This document shows, piece after piece, positions 30,709 through 40,251 of a DNA stretch of 64,000 bases (positions are counted from its first letter, which is position 1; every line of letters begins with the position of its first letter). A program made the translations under genes and the position numbers. Source of the DNA: an uncultured Pelagibacteraceae bacterium (GTDB lineage: Bacteria; Pseudomonadota; Alphaproteobacteria; Pelagibacterales; Pelagibacteraceae). The notes under the pieces are model-generated. The model saw only the letters and a program-made list of their open reading frames with translations. It was not told where the DNA came from and did not search any database. The DNA lies in assembly GCA_902566785.1 (NCBI GenBank), contig CACFKI010000004.1:705-64704 (forward strand), written 5' to 3'.

Positions 30709-32202
30709 TTAAGATAGAACTGGAATAGTAAATTCTGGCCCAGCATTATCTTCATTCCAGGTAATAGTAGCAGTTTTAAGTTTTGTATAAAATCTTACGC
30801 CATCTGGACCATGAATCGAGTGATCTCCAAAAAGTGATCGCTTCCAACCCCCAAAACTATGATAAGCGACTGGTACAGGAATTGGCACATTAACTCCTAT
30901 CATTCCAATTTTAGCATTTTCAGTGAAATGTTTTGCTATATTACCACTTTTAGTAAACACTGCTGCTCCATTCCCAAGCTCATGATCATTAACTAATTTT
31001 AAAGCATCTTCATATTTTTCAGTTGTCATCATACTTAAAACTGGTCCAAATATTTCTTCTTTATATATTTTCATTTCAGGTTTAACCTCATCAAATATAG
31101 TTGGTCCAACAAAATAACCATTTTCATAGCCTTGTTTTTTAAAATTTCTTCCATCAGATAATAACTTAGCTCCCTCTTTCTCACCACTATCTATATATCC
31201 TAGGACTTTTTTATAATGCGCTTCACTACTTAAAGGACCAAAATCTGTTTTTTCATCAGTATAAGGTCCAACATTTAATTTTGATGTTTTTTCTAATAGA
31301 GATTTTTTAATTTTATTATTTGTTTCTTTTCCAACACATACCGCAACTGATATTGCCATACATCTTTCACCAGCAGATCCAAAAGCTGAGCCAATAATCG
31401 CATCTGTAGTTTTGTCAACATCTGCATCAGGCATTATAACCATATGATTTTTTGCTCCTCCAAGCGCTTGGATTCTTTTATTGTTTTTTGTTCCTGTATG
31501 ATAAACATATTCTGCGATTGGTGTTGAGCCTACAAAACTAATTGCTTGCACATCTTTATCCTCTAATAAAGCATCTACAGATTCTTTGTCTCCATTCACA
31601 CAATTTAATACCCCAGGAGGAAAACCAGCTTCTATTGCTAGTTCTGCTAATTTTAATGGACAACTAGGATCTTTCTCGGAAGGTTTAAGAACAAAAGTAT
31701 TTCCACAAGCAATAGCTACTGGAAACATCCACATAGGTACCATTGCTGGGAAATTAAAAGGAGTTATTCCAGCACAAACCCCTAAAGGTTGACGAAGTGT
31801 ATGTGAGTCAACATTAGTTCCTACATTTGACGAGTGTTCACCTTTTAGGGAAGATGTAATACCAGTCACATATTCAACAACCTCAATTCCTCTTTGAATT
31901 GATCCTTTTGCATCTGGAATTGTTTTTCCATGTTGTTTTGAAACAAGTTCAGCTAATTCATTCATATTTTGAACTAATAAATCTTTATATTTTGAAAAAA
32001 TTCTTGCTCTAGTTATTGGTGTTGTTTTTGACCATTTGGCAAAAGCTTGCAATGAGTTTTCAACTGCCACTTTTACTGTTTCTTTACTAGCCAATTCAAC
32101 TTCAGCTATTTGTTCTCCGGTTGCTGGATTAAATACTTTGCCTTTTCTAGAATTTTTATCTGAAAATAACTTACCGTTAATAAAGTGACTAATGTTTTCC
32201 AT
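30709..32202 (-). CDS. mmsA: CoA-acylating (methyl)malonate-semialdehyde dehydrogenase (MmsA/IolA/DddC family)
   Basis: ITPFNFPAMVPMWMFP, LKPSEKDP, SFVGSTP, LGGAKNH, GERCMA, GVNVPIPVP. Confidence 0.93.
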   Translation of the reverse strand: MENISHFINGKLFSDKNSRKGKVFNPATGEQIAEVELASKETVKVAVENSLQAFAKWSKTTPITRARIFSKYKDLLVQNMNELAELVSKQHGKTIPDAKGSIQRGIEVVEYVTGITSSLKGEHSSNVGTNVDSHTLRQPLGVCAGITPFNFPAMVPMWMFPVAIACGNTFVLKPSEKDPSCPLKLAELAIEAGFPPGVLNCVNGDKESVDALLEDKDVQAISFVGSTPIAEYVYHTGTKNNKRIQALGGAKNHMVIMPDADVDKTTDAIIGSAFGSAGERCMAISVAVCVGKETNNKIKKSLLEKTSKLNVGPYTDEKTDFGPLSSEAHYKKVLGYIDSGEKEGAKLLSDGRNFKKQGYENGYFVGPTIFDEVKPEMKIYKEEIFGPVLSMMTTEKYEDALKLVNDHELGNGAAVFTKSGNIAKHFTENAKIGMIGVNVPIPVPVAYHSFGGWKRSLFGDHSIHGPDGVRFYTKLKTATITWNEDNAGPEFTIPVLS

Positions 32203-32254
32203 TTTTTTAATTTTTTTAAAGTTATATCAATTAATTTCTATTTTCAACATATTG

Positions 32255-32283
32255 CTTAAATGAGAAAATTATTATCATTTAAG
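32255..32283. promoter_or_regulatory. Inverted repeat in the divergent mmsA/Fe-ADH promoter region (candidate IclR operator)
   Basis: CTTAAATGA-N11-TCATTTAAG, perfect 9-bp arms. Confidence 0.45.
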
Positions 32284-32360
32284 GATTATACGCTATTGAC
32301 TCTGATTTTTACATATAATTTAATTATAACTTAAAGATTAACTTATAGCGGGGGTACCCT

Positions 32361-33548
32361 TTGAGTATTAGGGATAATGTAAGAGTGTGTGTGCCAAGAT
32401 ATCTACAAATTGGCAAAGGAAGTCTAAGTCAACTTCCAGAAATTATAAAAATTTTAGGTTCAATAAATTCTTTATTGATAGTAACAGACAAACAAATGGT
32501 GCAGTTTGGTTATGTAAAAAAACTGCAAGATATTCTGAATAAAGCTGGATTAAAATCAGATATATTTGAAGATACTATACCCGATCCAACTGACAAAATA
32601 GTACTGAAAGGTATTGAAGTTTTAGAAAAAAATAAAAATGACGCTGTAATTGGTTTTGGTGGAGGTAGTCCAATTGATACTGCTAAGGCAATAGCAGTAC
32701 TATCTCAATATAGTAGAGATATTCAAGATTATAAGCCACCTGGTACCTTTGATAAAAAAGGTTTACCAATTATTGCTATTCCAACTACAGCAGGCACAGG
32801 TTCAGAAGTTACTCATCATTCAGTAATTATAGATACAAGAACAAATAATCTTGAAAAAATATCATGCAGAGGCGAAGGTTTTGTACCAATGGTTTCAATA
32901 ATAGATTACGAATTAACTCTATCAAAACCCAAAAGACTTACTATTGACAGCGCTATTGACACATTAACTCATGGTATCGAAGCATATGTAAGTAAGAAGG
33001 CAACTTTATTCTCAGATAGAATGGCTTTAGATACAATTAGGCTAGTTACTGAAAACATCTATGCAGTTGATAAAAACCCAAAAGATATAAAGGCAAGAGA
33101 AGGATTAATGTTAGCTGCAACATTAGGTGGTTTAGCATTTTCAAATGCTTCAATATGTTTAGTTCATGGCATGAGTAGACCTCTGGGAAGTAACTTTAAA
33201 GTTCCTCATGGTTTGAGTAATGCAATGTTGCTACCAACAATAACTGAATTTTCTTTAGGTCATGCCAAAAGTCGATATGCAGAATGCAGTAGAGCAGGAA
33301 AATTTTCCTCAGTTGATGATGATGATGATACTGCATGCAAAAAATTATTAAGTGGTCTTTATAAGATTAATAAAGACTTTGAAGTACCGTCAATGAAAAA
33401 ATTTGGAATAGATAAAAAAAATTTTGAGGAACAATTGGAAAATATGGCAACTGATGCTGAAATTTCAGGTGCACCAAACCTCAATCCAAGAGTGCCATCT
33501 GTGAAGGAAATGATTGATCTTTACGGAGAAGCATGGAGAGCGTTTTAA
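32361..33548 (+). CDS. Iron-containing (group III) alcohol dehydrogenase
   Basis: GGGSPIDTAK, PTTAGTGSE, metal ligands D..TH and VHGMS...PHG; TTG start with GGGGG SD. Confidence 0.92.
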   Translation: MSIRDNVRVCVPRYLQIGKGSLSQLPEIIKILGSINSLLIVTDKQMVQFGYVKKLQDILNKAGLKSDIFEDTIPDPTDKIVLKGIEVLEKNKNDAVIGFGGGSPIDTAKAIAVLSQYSRDIQDYKPPGTFDKKGLPIIAIPTTAGTGSEVTHHSVIIDTRTNNLEKISCRGEGFVPMVSIIDYELTLSKPKRLTIDSAIDTLTHGIEAYVSKKATLFSDRMALDTIRLVTENIYAVDKNPKDIKAREGLMLAATLGGLAFSNASICLVHGMSRPLGSNFKVPHGLSNAMLLPTITEFSLGHAKSRYAECSRAGKFSSVDDDDDTACKKLLSGLYKINKDFEVPSMKKFGIDKKNFEEQLENMATDAEISGAPNLNPRVPSVKEMIDLYGEAWRAF

Positions 33549-33608
33549 TATAAAGAGTTGGAAATGCTCTTCTCAAATAAACAACAACTCTTAAAGGAGA
33601 GGGGAAAA

Positions 33609-34673
33609 ATGAAAAAACTAATAAAAACATCTATTAGTTTATGTGCAGTATTTGCTTTGATGATTACATTTTCACTTCAACAAGTTAGTGCAGCAGATAA
33701 AATAAGATGGAAGGTACAATCTACATTTAATACTGGTTGGCCTGCGTTAGGAGACCCAGTTGCTCGTTTATCAGATACTTTAAAAAGAGCTACTGATGGA
33801 AGAATCCAATTAAAGGTTTATGAACCTGGAAAAATTCTTCCACCTTTAGAAATTTCACCTTCAATTACAAAAGGTGATTTACCAGCAGCTTATAACTATA
33901 TGGCTTATGACCAAGGAAGAATTCCTGCAGCAGTTTTATTTGCAGCTGTTCCATTTGGTATGGAGCCTTGGGAATATGCAGCTTGGTGGTTTGAAGGAGA
34001 AGGCTCTAAGTTAGCTAATGAAATATATAACAAAAGTAATATTCAAGTATTGTTATGTAGTACTATTGGACCAGAAACAGCAGGTTGGTATAGAAAACCA
34101 ATCACTAGTTTAGCGGATTTAAAAGGATTAAAAATTCGTTTCTCTGGTTTAGGTGGAATGGTATTAAATGAAATTGGTGCTTCAGCAACTCTGATGGCTG
34201 GTGGAGAAATTTTTGCTGCTCTAGAAAAAGGAACATTAGATGCAACAGAATACTCTATGCCTGCGATAGATGAAGTTCTAGGTTTTCATAAAATTACTAA
34301 GTACAACCTATTTCCAGGTTGGCACCAAGTATCAACATCAACTCATTTCATGATAAATCTTGATTTATGGAAAAAAATGGGACCTGCAGACCAAGCATTG
34401 TTCGAAATGGCTTGTACAGCAGCGACTATGAGAGCTATTACAACTGGAGAATTTTTGCAAGGTAAGCAAATTCAAAGTTTTCCATCAAAAGGTGTAACAG
34501 CTGCAAGATTGCCTGAAAGTGTATTAAGGGAACTTCAAAAAGTAAGTGCTAGAGTTATGGATCAAGAATCTGCAAAAGACGCTGACTTTAAAAGAGTATG
34601 GGAGTCTCAAAAAGCTTTCATGAAAGAGTACGATGTTTGGCAAAAATGGGGTTATTTACCTAGAATCTTCTAA
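33609..34673 (+). CDS. dctP: TRAP substrate-binding protein (TakP/FcbT1-like, Sec signal)
   Basis: Signal peptide from ATG 33609 (AAGGAG/GAGGGG SD), LKIRFSG, LDATE, FPGWHQ. Confidence 0.9.
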   Translation: MKKLIKTSISLCAVFALMITFSLQQVSAADKIRWKVQSTFNTGWPALGDPVARLSDTLKRATDGRIQLKVYEPGKILPPLEISPSITKGDLPAAYNYMAYDQGRIPAAVLFAAVPFGMEPWEYAAWWFEGEGSKLANEIYNKSNIQVLLCSTIGPETAGWYRKPITSLADLKGLKIRFSGLGGMVLNEIGASATLMAGGEIFAALEKGTLDATEYSMPAIDEVLGFHKITKYNLFPGWHQVSTSTHFMINLDLWKKMGPADQALFEMACTAATMRAITTGEFLQGKQIQSFPSKGVTAARLPESVLRELQKVSARVMDQESAKDADFKRVWESQKAFMKEYDVWQKWGYLPRIF

Positions 34674-34718
34674 GTATTTAAGTTGATACTTTTAAGGTTT
34701 ATAGTTAAGTTTAAGTGC

Positions 34719-34752
34719 AAAGCAGCCGGTTAAACCGGCTGCTTTTCTTTTT
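34719..34752 (+). terminator. Rho-independent terminator / stabilising hairpin after the second dctP
   Basis: AAAGCAGCCGGT-TAA-ACCGGCTGCTTT followed by TCTTTTT. Confidence 0.85.
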
Positions 34753-34776
34753 GAATTAATTTAAAGGAATTTTTAT

Positions 34777-35346
34777 ATGGCTAAAGATTATATAGAAATA
34801 AATAGTGGTCTTGATAGAAAACTTCAACTAAGACATTTACCATTTACAAGAGCCATAGATAATTTTGTTTTAAAGGTTGGAGAGATTTTTAATTGGTTAT
34901 GGGTAATTCTTGTAGCAGTTATAATTCTCAATGTAGTCCTAAGATATGTTTTTAAAAGTGGAATGATAGAGCTTGAGGAATTACAATGGCATTTATACTG
35001 CATTGGTTGGTTAGTTGGATTATCTTCAACTTATATTGTCGACCAGCATGTTAGAGTTGATGTTTTAAGTGATAGACTAAAGTTTAAGACCAAACTTTGG
35101 TTTGAGTTTTTTGGAATTCTTTTGTTATTTTTACCATTTATTGTTTTAGTATTATATTATTCAGTACCTTTCTTTGAACTATCATGGACAACTAATGAAA
35201 GATCCACATCTGCAAATGGATTACCTGCGAGATGGTTTGTTAAAGGTTTTTTAGTAATAAGTTTCTTTTTATTATTAATGGCTGGAATTTCACGAATTTC
35301 TAGAGTAGTTGCTACTCTACGTTATGGTTTAGAGAAGAAAATATAA
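34777..35346 (+). CDS. dctQ: TRAP small permease subunit
   Basis: NVVLRY.F, EELQWHLY, HVRVD; four TM segments. Confidence 0.9.
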   Translation: MAKDYIEINSGLDRKLQLRHLPFTRAIDNFVLKVGEIFNWLWVILVAVIILNVVLRYVFKSGMIELEELQWHLYCIGWLVGLSSTYIVDQHVRVDVLSDRLKFKTKLWFEFFGILLLFLPFIVLVLYYSVPFFELSWTTNERSTSANGLPARWFVKGFLVISFFLLLMAGISRISRVVATLRYGLEKKI

Positions 35347-36707
35347 TGGAACTTCTTACAGAATATTCTATGGCAATTGCTCTCTTTTTTAGTTTTATAC
35401 TACTAATTTTTTATGGTTTTCCTGTAGCTTGGACCATGGGAGGATTAGGTGTACTTTTTATCATTATATCAATGTTATCTGATAGTTTATTCGACACATT
35501 CTATGGAGTTGACTGGGGTTTTGCCTCAATGGTTGTTTATAGACTTTATGGTGTAATGGCCAATTGGGTTTTGGTTGCTTTACCTATGTTTATTTTTATG
35601 GGAATTATGATGGATAAATCTGGTATTGCAGAAGACTTAATGACAGACCTTTCTAAATTATTTGGAAAGACTAGAGGTGGATTAGCTATAGCGATTGTTT
35701 TTATTGGGGTTCTATTAGCTGCATCTACCGGAATAATTGGAGCTGCAGTTGTTCTTTTGACTATTTTAGGTGTGCCTTTAATGCTTAAAAATAATTATAA
35801 CAAGGACTTAGCATGTGGAGTAGTTTGCGCCACAGGAACTCTTGGTATTTTGATACCACCAAGCATCATGCTAGTTATTATGGGAGATCAAGTCAGAATA
35901 TCTGTGGGAGATTTATTCATGGGTGCAGTTTTTCCTGGTCTTCTCTTGGGACTTTTGTATACCATTTTTATTATAGGGTATGCTTATTTAAAACCAAAAG
36001 TTGCCCCACTCCCCAAAGATGCAGAAAACATTAATTTAAAAATTATTTTTAGAGTATTAAAATCAATTATTCCACCTGCATTGTTAATTGTTGCAGTTTT
36101 AGGAAGCATCTTTATGGGTATTGCAACTCCAACAGAAGCGTCTGGAGTTGGTGCACTAGGTGCAACTTTGCTTGCTATTTTAAGAGGTAGATTATCGTTT
36201 GAGGATCTTAAACATGTAATCCGTAAAACAACACAAACTACAGCCTATATTTTTGCTTTATTTGTAGGTGCAACTATGTTTGCTCTTATTTTAAGAGGGC
36301 TTGGAGGAGATGAGTTAATTGAAGGAGCTTTAAAAGCTTTACCTTTTGGAACTAATGGGGTTGTAATAGTTGTTTTATTAATAGCATTTATATTAGGATT
36401 TTTCCTTGATTGGATAGAAATTACTTTGATCATTCTTCCATTTTTAGCTCCAGTTATGGTTGATCTTGGAGTAGACCTTGTATGGTTTATTGTTATGTTT
36501 GCAGTTGTTTTGCAAACTTCTTTTATTACGCCTCCGGTTGGTTTTGCATTATTTTATATGAAAGGTGTTGCACCTGAGGGAGTTAACATTAAAAATATTT
36601 ATACAGGAATAATACCTTTTGTAGTTTTACAATTAATTGCAGTTACTATTGTTTTTAATTTTCCAAAAATTGTTACATGGTTACCACAAGTTGCTTATGG
36701 TCCATAA
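35346..36707 (+). CDS. dctM: TRAP large permease subunit
   Basis: ALPMFIFMG, ASTGIIGA, GTLGILIPPS, ATPTEA, QTSFITPPVG. Confidence 0.92.
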   Translation: MELLTEYSMAIALFFSFILLIFYGFPVAWTMGGLGVLFIIISMLSDSLFDTFYGVDWGFASMVVYRLYGVMANWVLVALPMFIFMGIMMDKSGIAEDLMTDLSKLFGKTRGGLAIAIVFIGVLLAASTGIIGAAVVLLTILGVPLMLKNNYNKDLACGVVCATGTLGILIPPSIMLVIMGDQVRISVGDLFMGAVFPGLLLGLLYTIFIIGYAYLKPKVAPLPKDAENINLKIIFRVLKSIIPPALLIVAVLGSIFMGIATPTEASGVGALGATLLAILRGRLSFEDLKHVIRKTTQTTAYIFALFVGATMFALILRGLGGDELIEGALKALPFGTNGVVIVVLLIAFILGFFLDWIEITLIILPFLAPVMVDLGVDLVWFIVMFAVVLQTSFITPPVGFALFYMKGVAPEGVNIKNIYTGIIPFVVLQLIAVTIVFNFPKIVTWLPQVAYGP

Positions 36708-36716
36708 AATTAAATT

Positions 36717-37157
36717 ATGAAAAAAATTATATTTTTGGTTTCAATTTTTCTATTTTTTATTAATTTATCTTTCGCAAATTTTAAAGTTTCATTAAAAGAA
36801 TACTTGGATAATAAAAGTATTGATGAAGCATCAGCGCAAATTTATTTATTAAATAGGTGCAGTGCGGTTTATACTTATGCATCAGCAATTCTTTTAGAGA
36901 CTGATAAATTAAACTCAAAAAATTTTATTGAAATATCGAATAATCTTTTATTTAAATCTATAGAATTAATGATTATTGATGAGCAAAAAAAATTAGAAAC
37001 TGCTCAGGAAGAAGCTGAGAAGATTAGAAAAGAAATGTTTGACGAATATATAGCTGAAGGCAAAAAAAATTGGAAAAAAAATAAATCACATTTTAAAGGA
37101 TCATTTATTTCTGACGATATGTTAATTTGTTCAAATTTAGTTGAGGGTAATGACTAA
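36717..37157 (+). CDS. Hypothetical exported protein
   Basis: 146 aa, signal-peptide-like N-terminus (…LSFA/N), two Cys; no family recognised. Confidence 0.65.
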   Translation: MKKIIFLVSIFLFFINLSFANFKVSLKEYLDNKSIDEASAQIYLLNRCSAVYTYASAILLETDKLNSKNFIEISNNLLFKSIELMIIDEQKKLETAQEEAEKIRKEMFDEYIAEGKKNWKKNKSHFKGSFISDDMLICSNLVEGND

Positions 37158-37201
37158 TTTCAAAATTTAGTTGAATAATTTTTATTTATCAATAATAGTA
37201 A

Positions 37202-38176
<975 letters not shown>

Positions 38177-38184
38177 GTAAAGCA

Positions 38185-39345
38185 ATGAATATTCACGAAC
38201 ATCAGGCTAAAAATATTTTAAAAAAATATGGAGCATCAGTTCCAAATGGTGTTTACGGATTTTCTGTTTCTGACATAGTTGAGAAAGTAAAAAATCTAAA
38301 AACGAAAAGGTATGTTCTTAAAGCACAAATTCACGCAGGTGGCAGGGGTAAGGCAGGTGGTATAAAGATTGTTAATTCTATAGATGAATTAAAAGCGGCT
38401 TCTGAAAAATTGTTAGGAACAAAATTAATTACACCTCAAACAGGATCTGGTGGTAAGGAAGTTAAAAGAATTTACGTAGAGGAATCTTCAGATATATTAA
38501 AAGAGTTTTATCTTTCTTGTGTTGTCGATAGAGAAACTTCAAAAATAGCATTTATTTCAAGTGATCAAGGAGGGATGGATATTGAAGAGGTAGCGAAAAA
38601 TAACCCAGAAAAAATCTCTACTACAAGATTAGAATTTCAAAAAGAAATTACAGATATAGATTGTGAAAAAATAGTAAAAATCTTTAAACTGGATTCTGAA
38701 GCAAATTATCAAGCTATAAAATTGGTAAAATCAATTTATAAATTGTTTATAGAAAATGACGCAAGTTTAATTGAAATTAACCCACTTATTTTAACAAAAG
38801 AAAATAAAATTTTATGTTTAGATGCAAAAATAAATTTTGATGATAATGCACTTTTTAGAAATCCAGAGATTTTAAATTTGAGAGACTTTAATGAGGAAGA
38901 GGAAAAAGAAATTGAAGCAAGCAAATATAATTTGTCTTATATTAAACTAGATGGAAATATAGGTTGTATGGTAAATGGAGCTGGGCTTGCGATGGCAACG
39001 ATGGATATAATTAAACTTTATGGGCAAGAGCCTGCAAATTTTTTAGATGTCGGAGGTGGCGCATCTAAAGAAAAAGTATCTGCAGCTTTTAAAATTATAT
39101 TATCTGATAAAAATGTAAAAGGTATTTTAATAAATATTTTTGGTGGAATAATGAGATGTGATATTCTTGCTCAAGGTGTTGTAGATGCAGCAAATGAAAT
39201 CAATATTAATGTACCATTAGTTGTAAGATTAGCAGGTACAAAATTTGAGGAAGGAAAAAAAATTTTAGAAAATTCTAATTTAAAAATCATATCAGCAACA
39301 GATTTATCAGATGCAGCAAAAAAAATTGTTGAGGCAATAAAATAA
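38185..39345 (+). CDS. sucC: Succinyl-CoA synthetase beta subunit
   Basis: [43 protein letters not shown]. Confidence 0.97.
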   Translation: MNIHEHQAKNILKKYGASVPNGVYGFSVSDIVEKVKNLKTKRYVLKAQIHAGGRGKAGGIKIVNSIDELKAASEKLLGTKLITPQTGSGGKEVKRIYVEESSDILKEFYLSCVVDRETSKIAFISSDQGGMDIEEVAKNNPEKISTTRLEFQKEITDIDCEKIVKIFKLDSEANYQAIKLVKSIYKLFIENDASLIEINPLILTKENKILCLDAKINFDDNALFRNPEILNLRDFNEEEEKEIEASKYNLSYIKLDGNIGCMVNGAGLAMATMDIIKLYGQEPANFLDVGGGASKEKVSAAFKIILSDKNVKGILINIFGGIMRCDILAQGVVDAANEININVPLVVRLAGTKFEEGKKILENSNLKIISATDLSDAAKKIVEAIK

Positions 39346-40220
39346 TGTCAATCTTAGTAGATAAGAATACAAGGCTAATTTGTCAGGGTTTTACAGGAAC
39401 TCATGGTACATTTCATTCAGAACAAGCAATAAGATATGGTACAAATTTAGTTGGCGGTGTAACCCCAAAAAAAGGTGGGCAAGAGCATTTAGGGAAACCT
39501 GTGTTTAATTCAGTAATTGAAGCAAAGGAAAGTACCAATGCAAATGCTACGATGATATACGTCCCTGCAAAATTTGCTGCTGCTGCAATAATTGAGGCAA
39601 TCGATGCATCAATTGAATTAATAGTTTGCATTACTGAAGGTATTCCAGTTTTAGATATGCTTAAAGTAAAACAAAAATTAAAAGGATCTAAATCTAGACT
39701 AATAGGCCCTAATTGCCCTGGTATTATCACACCAGATGAATGTAAAATTGGAATAATGCCTGGCAATATACACAAAAAAGGTTCGGTTGGGATTGTTTCA
39801 AGATCTGGAACCCTTACTTATGAAGCTGTTTTTCAGACTACTGAAAATGGCCTTGGACAATCTACGTGCATCGGAATAGGTGGTGATCCTATAAATGGAA
39901 CAAACTTTATTGATTGTTTGGAATTATTTTTAAATGATGAAGAGACTAAATCAATATTAATGATTGGGGAAATTGGTGGTTTAGCTGAGGAAGAAGCAGC
40001 AGAATATATTAAAAATCATAAAATTAAAAAACCGATGGTGGGTTTTATTGCTGGGGTTACGGCACCTCCAGGAAGAAGAATGGGTCATGCAGGTGCAATA
40101 ATATCAGGTGGAAAAGGTGGTGCAGAGGAAAAAATAAAAAAAATGGAGGAATCTGGAATAACAATTGCAAAATCACCATCAGAAATAGGGATTACCTTAT
40201 TAAATAAATTGAATAATTGA
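39345..40220 (+). CDS. sucD: Succinyl-CoA synthetase alpha subunit
   Basis: [28 protein letters not shown]. Confidence 0.97.
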   Translation: MSILVDKNTRLICQGFTGTHGTFHSEQAIRYGTNLVGGVTPKKGGQEHLGKPVFNSVIEAKESTNANATMIYVPAKFAAAAIIEAIDASIELIVCITEGIPVLDMLKVKQKLKGSKSRLIGPNCPGIITPDECKIGIMPGNIHKKGSVGIVSRSGTLTYEAVFQTTENGLGQSTCIGIGGDPINGTNFIDCLELFLNDEETKSILMIGEIGGLAEEEAAEYIKNHKIKKPMVGFIAGVTAPPGRRMGHAGAIISGGKGGAEEKIKKMEESGITIAKSPSEIGITLLNKLNN

Positions 40221-40251
40221 AAAATACTACCTAAGTATTATATTTAATATA

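Noticed and set aside
33558-33608. TTG start for the second dctP
   Set aside because: ATG 33609 has a strong SD and begins a typical signal peptide (MKKLIK…).
29942-36716. IclR-TRAP block as a mobile element
   Set aside because: No integrase, transposase, tRNA target or flanking direct repeats seen, and composition looks native by eye; treated as an accessory module only.
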